Shown piece after piece: positions 56,478-64,000 of a stretch of DNA of 64,000 nucleotides. A model generated the notes under the pieces. The model had not been told where the DNA came from, did not search any database, and saw only the letters and a list, made by a program, of their open reading frames with translations. How positions within the stretch are numbered: position 1 is the stretch's first letter; every line of letters begins with the position of its first letter. Source of the stretch: Candidatus Geocrenenecus huangii (GTDB taxonomy: Archaea > Thermoproteota > Nitrososphaeria_A > Caldarchaeales > Wolframiiraptoraceae); NCBI GenBank assembly GCA_023254095.1, contig JALNLM010000003.1, positions 1 through 64,000 of the forward strand, written 5' to 3'. A program made the position numbers and the translations under genes.

Positions 56478-57086
56478 CTATAATCTAGACATGCCTATTA
56501 GGTATAGTTCTGAACTCGTCTTTCTAGTAGCAGAAGGAATAAATCTCTTAAAATAGCTGAAAGAAGACTTTACACGTTCTTCGAGTATCCTGAGTTCATC
56601 GCACTCAAATGCTTTCAACATTATTGACCCCCTCTTCTTTAGTAGTTCGAGAGAGATTTCATAACTTTTTTCTGTTAGCTCTATCTGCTTAGAAGTATCT
56701 ATATCTCTGATTCCCGTAAGATGGGGGGAGGCATCAGAGATAACTACATCCACCAGCTTCCCATTCAACGTATCAAGTATTTTCTGTAGAGTATCTTCTT
56801 CAAGAATATCTGATTGTATAGTTATTATGTTGGGTTCATTAAATTCTTTGAACTTTCTAATATCTACAGCGATTACCAAACCTGTTTCTCCGACTAGTCT
56901 AGAAGCTGCTTGAGTCATCCCTCCAGGCCATGCACCAAGCTCTACAACTATATCTCCATGTTTAATCAACTTAAATTTCCTGTTTGCTTCAAGAAGCTTG
57001 TAGGCTGCTCTAGACCTGAAGCCTTCAATTCTAGCTCTTCTCTTGAAACTATCCCTAGAAGCTTCTTCAACCCAGTTCCGAACCAT
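56478..57086 (-). CDS. rlmE: 23S rRNA 2'-O-methyltransferase RlmE/FtsJ
   Basis: FRSRAAYKL, ELGAWPGG, VISDASP and SSELY motifs. Confidence 0.92.
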   Translation of the reverse strand: MVRNWVEEASRDSFKRRARIEGFRSRAAYKLLEANRKFKLIKHGDIVVELGAWPGGMTQAASRLVGETGLVIAVDIRKFKEFNEPNIITIQSDILEEDTLQKILDTLNGKLVDVVISDASPHLTGIRDIDTSKQIELTEKSYEISLELLKKRGSIMLKAFECDELRILEERVKSSFSYFKRFIPSATRKTSSELYLIGMSRL

Positions 57087-57201
57087 TATACTCTGTTTAG
57101 CATATATCTTCTAGACAATTTAAGATTTGAGAATTATAGAGCACCTATTAGCCGAGTAACTGTGAAATAGAGTCAAAGGGCTAGGTGGAGTGCCCGGTGT
57201 T

Positions 57202-57612
57202 TTAAGTTATGGACGTGACAACATCTTTTTTCTGAAAGTTTTTAGAAACTTTACTCCATAATTCTTCGAGTTTTTTCTGCCAGCTTATGATAACTGATTC
57301 ATCAACTACACTCACAGCTTTAATTGTTATCAAGTCTTGAGCAGTCTTCAGTTCACAGACTATCCTTGAAACAACATCTGCTCCACAACATCCTACACAA
57401 AATCCCTGAACAGAATCTAGCATTGAAGGAGTAACATCATGAGCTAACCTTGGATGAAATTTGCATAAATTTATTAAGACCTTAGCTCCATCTAATGCAA
57501 TTCTAGTAGCTTGTGGAATATCAACTTTCCTGTTAATCAATTCTTTAAGCATCTCTGTTATCTCTGCCCAAATCCCGTCTAATACATTACATATCTCAGT
57601 TTCCGTCGACAT
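57202..57612 (-). CDS. Hypothetical protein (DUF2096 N-terminal-like), Cys-rich
   Basis: W..I.EML.EL......IP......L..AK.LIN pattern and FCVGCCG. Confidence 0.55.
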   Translation of the reverse strand: MSTETEICNVLDGIWAEITEMLKELINRKVDIPQATRIALDGAKVLINLCKFHPRLAHDVTPSMLDSVQGFCVGCCGADVVSRIVCELKTAQDLITIKAVSVVDESVIISWQKKLEELWSKVSKNFQKKDVVTSIT

Positions 57613-57706
57613 TCTCCCTATAAATACTTTGTTATAGTTATACTTAAGAAAGCAGTTATTACACTCTGGAATAATATATATAGTATATACTTGTTTTACA
57701 TGAAAA

Positions 57707-58924
57707 TTACTTTTTAGACAACATATATAGAAACATCTCTTTAATTACTTCGGAAGAAGCTTCTGTCTTAAAAGCCGTAGAATCAAAATGTGTTGTAGAT
57801 GATTTATAACCTCTATTTCTGAGTTCTTCAATTATAGCTTTAGGCTTAACAGGCGAGATCTTAAGAATAGATGCTATAGAGTTCACAGGATAGTATCCCA
57901 CTATCGACGTATCTTCCTGAAGTATTTCTTCAAGTAGTTTAGCTGCTTCTCTATAAAGTTCAAGATTGGCATATGCATGTCTATGCATCTTATAGACTAT
58001 CTCTTCTCTACATAGTCTTCCAAGCCATAGAGGTCCAGAGGAAGAAATAGGCTTCATGCATGTTGGACAACACGATATAGATTCTTCCCCTATCTTATAG
58101 GTGTAGATTGTGAAGCATCTTGGGCAGTAAGCAATCCAGCCAACTTGTCTCAACAATTTTTTAGCATCTTCTATCCCTGGAGAGACTCTTACGAAAACTC
58201 TAGTATAGTAGTCTTTGAGGAATGCGAAAACTGGTTCAGCAGCTAAACCTATTCTAGCGGCTGTCCTAACCATGAATCCAGCTAGGACCCTTACTGCAAC
58301 TTCTTTAAAGAATGGGGTCTTCATAACGTATGAGTCATATTTTCTCAGACAAGAAAGAGGCTTAGACCCCGTTAATGCTGAGAGATCGGTTGCTGTAGCT
58401 CCTAGAATAGAATTTTTTCCACATCCTCTGAAGCTGTTCTCCATGAATTTCGCAGGAGAGCCTGCGGGGTCTACATCAACATAATCGAATCTCGGCTTCC
58501 CTCTACCTCTAGATGCGAGAAGCTCATTTGCATCTAGAACAGAGACTTCAAGCTTATCTTCTACATTATTTATCTTAGCGTTTACCTTGATTAGTTCGTA
58601 AGCGTTTTTAGAGATGTCGTTTACTAATGCATGATCTATTAGGCCGGTCTCTAAGATTAATCTGATGCTCCTAACGCCGATGCCTGCTAGAGGCTCGCAG
58701 ATAGATATCTTTCTATCTTCGAAATAAGCTTTCAAGAAAAGTACTGCTATATCTCTACTCAGCTTTGAGGCTGGATTAAAGAAGGCAGGTAGAGAAGTGG
58801 GAGCAAACTCTCTGGTAGAAGGCAGGATCGGTGATAGAAATGTCGCTCTACCTTCATGTCTCAACTCGACTGGGAAAGAAAGCATTTTTCTGAATTCTTC
58901 ATACTCTTGGGACATACCCTCCAC
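57707..58924 (-). CDS. trm1: tRNA (guanine-26 N2) dimethyltransferase Trm1
   Basis: FFNP...SRD, EPLAGIGVRSIR, DVDPAGSP, TATD, CPRC...CPTC and GPLWLG motifs. Confidence 0.92.
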   Translation of the reverse strand: MEGMSQEYEEFRKMLSFPVELRHEGRATFLSPILPSTREFAPTSLPAFFNPASKLSRDIAVLFLKAYFEDRKISICEPLAGIGVRSIRLILETGLIDHALVNDISKNAYELIKVNAKINNVEDKLEVSVLDANELLASRGRGKPRFDYVDVDPAGSPAKFMENSFRGCGKNSILGATATDLSALTGSKPLSCLRKYDSYVMKTPFFKEVAVRVLAGFMVRTAARIGLAAEPVFAFLKDYYTRVFVRVSPGIEDAKKLLRQVGWIAYCPRCFTIYTYKIGEESISCCPTCMKPISSSGPLWLGRLCREEIVYKMHRHAYANLELYREAAKLLEEILQEDTSIVGYYPVNSIASILKISPVKPKAIIEELRNRGYKSSTTHFDSTAFKTEASSEVIKEMFLYMLSKK

Positions 58925-59088
58925 CGATTTTCGACTCGCCTATCTCCGAGACGTCATTATCTCCTAGAAAACTACTTCACAACAACTATAAATACAATAG
59001 CGGCCACGGATTCAAGGTTAGTGCATAAACGTCTTTTGTGATTAGGATTTCCAGGAGAAGAGGGTAAAGTATGGTGTTAGCCTTCTTC

Positions 59089-60378
59089 TTAATATCTTCT
59101 CTTCAATAATGCGATGAAGAATCCGTTACACATATTCGAATGTGGGTATAGTCTACGGGCTTCAACTAGACCTCTTAGACCTGTTGAGCCTACGTCTATG
59201 GATGGTTCCACCAGCTCGAAGTCTGGATGAGTTTTTAGAAAATCTTCGATAACGTATTCGTTTTCTTCTACTGTGATACTACATGTTGAGTATACCAGGT
59301 ATCCTCCTTTCTTAACATTTCTAGATGAACTCCATAGTATGTTGGATTGAAGGTTTGCGAACATTCTAATATGCCTAGGCCTAATCATCCATCTATAGTA
59401 TGGCTCTCTCCATATTAATCCAGTAGAACTACATGGTGGATCAACCAATACTTTATCAGCTTCAATTCTTATCGGTAAAGACTTCGTAGCATCGGCTTGA
59501 ATTAATTTAACTATCTTTGCATTCAGAAAAGTCATTCTCTTTCTCTGGCTTCGAATTCTCTTCCATGAAGAATCTATAGAGAATATTATACCATTATTCC
59601 TCATTTCTAATGTTGTAAGCCATGTCTTAGTTCCAGGAGCTGAACAAACATCTAAGATGATGTCTTCTAGGCGAGGCTCCAGAACCTTAACAGCGTAGTA
59701 GCTCGAGAAATCATGTACTACTATTAAACCCTGATTCATTAAGGTTTTTAGATCTTTAGTACTTGAAGTTTCTACAATGTAGATTCCCGGAAGCCTACTA
59801 TCTTCTTTAAGGATTACATTTTTTTCCTCCGCTATTTTCAGAATATTCTCTTTATCCATTCTTAACGTGTTTAGCGAGCAATATATAGGTGGCTTAACAT
59901 TATCTTGGAAGTCCATGTAATGTTCTGCTTCTACTTTACCAATTATTTTCTCTAGATACTTTACGAACCAATCAGGATAATTAACTTCTCTCCTCGGTCT
60001 TGAATACATATATCTTAGAAGACCGAGAAATCTCTCTGATTGCTCTGGCCAATTCTTGCCCATGGATTGTCTCAGCCTAGATACTAGCGTGGAAATGTCT
60101 CCTAGATTCATTCGGCCTAGTATGCAGGATGCGAGAAGTTCTAGCAAAGTTTTGCTCATCCAGTCTAGAGTTGTATCTGGCAGGATCTTATCCAGATATA
60201 TTGAGGCTGACCTTCTATAGATAGAGTAGATATGCAGGATCTTTCTAGCCATCCTCAATTCTCTAGTGGTGTATCTTTTTCTCTTAAAAGCGAAATACAA
60301 TGCAGAGCTGGGAGAAATACCTGTATCTCGACACATTTTGAGAGCTTCTATAGAGAGTAGAATAGCCTGCGTATCCAC
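59089..60378 (-). CDS. RsmB/NOP2-family RNA m5C methyltransferase
   Basis: DVCSAPGTKT, VDPPCSSTG, YSTCS...EENE and GFFIA motifs. Confidence 0.92.
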   Translation of the reverse strand: MDTQAILLSIEALKMCRDTGISPSSALYFAFKRKRYTTRELRMARKILHIYSIYRRSASIYLDKILPDTTLDWMSKTLLELLASCILGRMNLGDISTLVSRLRQSMGKNWPEQSERFLGLLRYMYSRPRREVNYPDWFVKYLEKIIGKVEAEHYMDFQDNVKPPIYCSLNTLRMDKENILKIAEEKNVILKEDSRLPGIYIVETSSTKDLKTLMNQGLIVVHDFSSYYAVKVLEPRLEDIILDVCSAPGTKTWLTTLEMRNNGIIFSIDSSWKRIRSQRKRMTFLNAKIVKLIQADATKSLPIRIEADKVLVDPPCSSTGLIWREPYYRWMIRPRHIRMFANLQSNILWSSSRNVKKGGYLVYSTCSITVEENEYVIEDFLKTHPDFELVEPSIDVGSTGLRGLVEARRLYPHSNMCNGFFIALLKRRY

Positions 60379-60484
60379 TTGTCGTGGCCCATTTATCAGC
60401 TTAAAGTATCCATATTAATATTTTCCTAATAGAGTCCGCTATGTGTAAAAGGAAATAAGTAAGAGGTATCCAAGTAACTTTAGG

Positions 60485-62980
60485 ATGGGTCAGACAAGCT
60501 TAGATGAGCATTTGAAGTTTAAAACTTATTTCTTATTTGGATGTGCCTATGATGGTAAGGAGGGAAAAGCTTACTTAAAACTTCTAGACATAGAGAATAA
60601 TCAGGTTGAGATAATATACGATGAGTCAGGGCATAAACCATATTGTTATGTTTTAGAAAGCCTTGAGGAGGTAGAGAAACTCAAGCTTCAAGGAGTAGTA
60701 AAGATAGAAGTTGAAAAAAAGTATGACCTGTTTAGAGATAGGGAAGTGAAACTTACCAAGATTATTGCCAGCGACCCTCTAGCTATTGGTGGTACTTCAG
60801 CATCCATAAGAGAGAAGATGAAAGCATGGGAGGCAGACATACCATATCACCTTTGCTACCTATATGATATGAGGCTTATACCAAGTATTCCATACAGGCT
60901 AGATGGAAAGATACTCGAGCCATTAGAACAAGATAGAGAGAAGATTAGAAAAGTAATCGAGAAGTATTTCCCGGATTTATCGAGGGACGATAGGAAGGTC
61001 ATCGAGGAATGGATAGCATTAATGGAGGCTGAGCATTGTAAGCTCAAGCATCTATCACTTGATATTGAGGTCCTATCACCTGTGGCCACCCGTGTTCCAT
61101 CCCCTGATAAGGCCAGAGATAAAGTCGTCGCAGTATCCATGGTGGGAAGCGATGGTAGAAGAGAAGTCTATCTACTGAAAACTCCCAATTTCATAGAAGT
61201 AGATGGAGGCAGCGAATTTACCGTTAAGGTCTTCGATGATGAGGTCGAGATGCTGAAGAAGATATACGAAGTAATTGAGGAATATCCCGTTGTGGCCACG
61301 TTTAACGGAGACGATTTTGATCTACCTTATCTTAGACACAGAGGAGAACAACTTAAGATCCCTAAAGATAAGATACCTATAATTTTAAGTAGAGAAGGAG
61401 CGTCACTGCGGAAAGGTATCCACATAGACCTTTATAGATTATTTAATAATAAGAGTATCCAGGTATATGCATTCGATAACAAGTATAGGGAGCACACGCT
61501 GGAAGCAATTGCTCAAGCTTTGATAGGTAAAGGAAAGATAGCTATAGATAAACCGATTAGCCAGTTGACTAGTAGTGAGCTGGCGAGATACAGCTTCTAC
61601 GATGCATTGCTTGTCCACGAACTACTTACTTTCGATGACGAGCTATTGTTGAAGCTAATAATAGTGATCTCTAGGATTAGTAGATTGCCTATAGAAGATG
61701 TTTGCAGGCATGGAGTTTCAGGATGGATAAAGAGTTTACTATACTATGAGCATAGAAGAAGAGGATACCTAATACCTAGGTCTGATGAACTATTGGAAGA
61801 GAAGGGAGTAATCTCAACTAGACCCATAATCGAGGGAAAGAAGTATAGAGGCGCAATAGTAGTCGACCCCATACCCGGAGTACACTTCAACGTAATTGTT
61901 TTAGATTTTGCTTCTCTTTATCCATCTATCTTGAAGGAGTGGAATCTAAGCTATGAGACCGTAAGATGCGTTCACGAAGAATGCCGAGACAACATTGTTC
62001 CAGAGACAACTCACTGGATATGTAAAAAGAGGAAGGGAATACAGAGCGAACTGATAGGGTGTTTAAGAGATATCCGAGTTAGAATATATAAGCCTTTAAG
62101 CAGTGATAGATCGTTACCTGATCTTCAAAGAAGATGGTATGGAGTAGTCCAGAGAGCGTTAAAAGTATTCCTGAATGCTGCTTACGGCGTTTTCGGTTTT
62201 GAGGGGTTCCCACTCTATTGTCCACCAGTCGCTGAAAGCACAACAGCTATAGCTAGATATATTTTCCTTCAGACAATCAATAAAGCTAAGTCATCAAATA
62301 TCGAGGTGATATATGGAGATACAGATTCACTATTCCTAAAATCACAGGATGAGAAATCAATCGAAGAAATACTTAACTGGGCGAGGAAGAGTCTACATCT
62401 AGATCTTGAAATAGACAAGAAGTATAGGTATATCGTGTTCTCTATGAGGAAGAAGAACTATCTAGGGTTGACGGATAAAGGTATAGTAGATGTTAAGGGT
62501 TTAACTGGGAAGAAGAAGCATATACCAAAATTCATAAAAGAAGCATTCGATGAGATGGTCAAGGTTCTCCAAGAAGTAAAAGACGAAGATAGCTTGAGGG
62601 AGGCGAAGAATACTATACGTGAAATAGTTAGAACATGGTATAATAAGCTTAAGAATGGAGAGTTCGATCTTCAAGACCTATCTTTCAAAGTCATGCTATC
62701 GAGAGGTGTAGACAAATACGTCAAGACTACCCCTCCACATGTTAAGGCTGCTCGGAAACTCATTCAGAAGGGAATACAAGTAACATCGGGGGATATCATA
62801 GAGTACGTGAAGACAAAAGACAAGGATGGCGTAACCCCTCTACAGTTCGTCCGTAAAGATCAAGTAGACGTAGATAAGTACGTAGAATACTTGACGTCAA
62901 CATTCGAGCAAGTCTTTGATGCGTTAGACTTAGACTTCGAAAGAATCATAGGGGTTACAAGCCTCGAAAAATTTTTCTAA
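60485..62980 (+). CDS. polB1: Replicative family B DNA polymerase PolB1
   Basis: GHKPYCY, WEADIPY, intact exonuclease motifs LDIEV / TFNGDDFDLPY / YSFYDA, polymerase motifs DFASLYPS and YGDTDS, and KGLTGKK. Confidence 0.93.
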   Translation: MGQTSLDEHLKFKTYFLFGCAYDGKEGKAYLKLLDIENNQVEIIYDESGHKPYCYVLESLEEVEKLKLQGVVKIEVEKKYDLFRDREVKLTKIIASDPLAIGGTSASIREKMKAWEADIPYHLCYLYDMRLIPSIPYRLDGKILEPLEQDREKIRKVIEKYFPDLSRDDRKVIEEWIALMEAEHCKLKHLSLDIEVLSPVATRVPSPDKARDKVVAVSMVGSDGRREVYLLKTPNFIEVDGGSEFTVKVFDDEVEMLKKIYEVIEEYPVVATFNGDDFDLPYLRHRGEQLKIPKDKIPIILSREGASLRKGIHIDLYRLFNNKSIQVYAFDNKYREHTLEAIAQALIGKGKIAIDKPISQLTSSELARYSFYDALLVHELLTFDDELLLKLIIVISRISRLPIEDVCRHGVSGWIKSLLYYEHRRRGYLIPRSDELLEEKGVISTRPIIEGKKYRGAIVVDPIPGVHFNVIVLDFASLYPSILKEWNLSYETVRCVHEECRDNIVPETTHWICKKRKGIQSELIGCLRDIRVRIYKPLSSDRSLPDLQRRWYGVVQRALKVFLNAAYGVFGFEGFPLYCPPVAESTTAIARYIFLQTINKAKSSNIEVIYGDTDSLFLKSQDEKSIEEILNWARKSLHLDLEIDKKYRYIVFSMRKKNYLGLTDKGIVDVKGLTGKKKHIPKFIKEAFDEMVKVLQEVKDEDSLREAKNTIREIVRTWYNKLKNGEFDLQDLSFKVMLSRGVDKYVKTTPPHVKAARKLIQKGIQVTSGDIIEYVKTKDKDGVTPLQFVRKDQVDVDKYVEYLTSTFEQVFDALDLDFERIIGVTSLEKFF

Positions 62981-63011
62981 ATGAAGAATAGAAATCTACT
63001 CGTCTAGCTCC

Positions 63012-63091
63012 AGATCTTAGCGTCAAAGCGTAATTTTGAGCTTGCTTGGGGTGTGACATCTTTAACGACTACGCTTTGAGGCACTAAATCT
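63012..63091. other. Intergenic inverted repeat / stem-loop downstream of polB1
   Basis: Perfect 10-bp arms TCAAAGCGTA (63023-32) and TACGCTTTGA (63070-79), extended by AGATCTTAG/CTAAATCT. Confidence 0.5.
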
Positions 63092-63194
63092 TGCTATTCT
63101 AAATTCCTCATAATATCGAAGTCTAGAATACTTTAGGTAGCAGGATCCGGAAAACTTATAAAAGACATGTACCAGAATTCTCAGCGGGGATTTT

Positions 63195-63623
63195 ATGTCA
63201 ATGGTTCCAAGAGGGAAACTTATTGGGATGCAAGTATATAATCCGGATGGAACTCTTGTTGGAACAGTGCAAGATATTGCTTTGCCTTTAGGCGGTGGAG
63301 AAATGGGGTTATTACTGTTAACTAGAGCTCAAACGACGGAGACTATACCGTGGAGCAAGATCTCTGCAGTAGGAGACATAATAATCTTGAAAGAAAAAAT
63401 TGAGGTAAAGACTATGGCACCCGAGGTCTCGGCACAGTATCCTATCCCATCCACTCCTTCAATGGGTCCTACGCCACCCAAAGAGGAGAAGAAGGGGTTA
63501 GGGGTTATAACCAGCGTTTTTAAGAGGGGAGAGAAACCCGCCTGCCCAACATGTGGAAAACCCTTAACATATATTGAACAGTATAAGAGATGGTACTGCT
63601 ATAATTGTAGCAAATACATGTAG
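63195..63623 (+). CDS. PRC-barrel protein with Pro-rich linker and C-terminal zinc ribbon
   Basis: LIGMQVYNPDGTLVGTVQDI...IPWSKISAVGDIIIL and CPTC...WYCYNC. Confidence 0.85.
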   Translation: MSMVPRGKLIGMQVYNPDGTLVGTVQDIALPLGGGEMGLLLLTRAQTTETIPWSKISAVGDIIILKEKIEVKTMAPEVSAQYPIPSTPSMGPTPPKEEKKGLGVITSVFKRGEKPACPTCGKPLTYIEQYKRWYCYNCSKYM

Positions 63624-63674
63624 ACGTTTAACTTTCTCAGTGGTGAATCGTTCCCGTCTAAGCTGGTGGCTACC

Positions 63675-64000
63675 TTACTTTATCTTTTGTGCAAATTCTT
63701 CTTTATCTACAATGTATCTTTCATGTATACCATAACCTATTAGCTTGTCTCCCCAGTATGCTGCAACATAAAAGATAAGCTTTCTACCATCTACCTGTAA
63801 CAACTTAGCTTCTATCACGACTTCAGAATTTATGGGAGCCGGCTTGACGTGATACACGTCTACATGAGTGCCCACCGTCGTCCGATTCTCTAGGAGGAAG
63901 TTATCTATGTTAACTCTACAAGTATGTTCCATGAAGAGTATCATAGCTGGAGTTGCTAAGACTTCCACGCTACCTGAGCCAAGGTGCTTCGCAGTATACT
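63675..64000 (-). CDS. Hot-dog fold thioesterase (fluoroacetyl-CoA thioesterase-like), 5'-truncated by the window edge
   Basis: TAKHLGSGSVEVLATPAMILFME, TVG..V.V.H..PAP and G.HERYIV motifs; the frame is open to the right edge. Confidence 0.85.
   Translation of the reverse strand, partial: YTAKHLGSGSVEVLATPAMILFMEHTCRVNIDNFLLENRTTVGTHVDVYHVKPAPINSEVVIEAKLLQVDGRKLIFYVAAYWGDKLIGYGIHERYIVDKEEFAQKIK

Overview
Archaeal chromosomal window. The gene set is PolB1 plus PolB3, SMC-ScpA-ScpB, short XPF, Gar1-TFB-TFEbeta/RPC34 and an exosome/proteasome superoperon. This points to the TACK group, most likely an Aigarchaeota/Nitrososphaerota-like thermophile (inference). About 1-8 kb is an accessory island. 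It holds the 5' end of a large secreted glycoprotein, a HEPN remnant, an intact wHTH-MNT/HEPN toxin-antitoxin pair, a G-U-rich hairpin and an acylphosphatase-heptad-repeat gene broken by an in-frame TGA. It also holds a compact cluster of an EVE-like protein, a Walker-A-degenerate MinD/TadZ-like protein, an unannotated 48-aa hydrophobic peptide and a tandem HTH regulator. The rest is mostly housekeeping: Lhr, aIF1, TFB, CysRS, branched-chain amino acid synthesis, ECF transporter, exosome, proteasome alpha, SMC, RNA methyltransferases and PolB1. Oddities in this part are a CysRS with an inserted winged-helix-like domain, a PolB3 with all three exonuclease motifs lost, and a citramalate synthase whose frame starts at ATC. 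No tRNA, rRNA, CRISPR array or transposase was recognised. All calls come from motif reading by eye; no database search was run.
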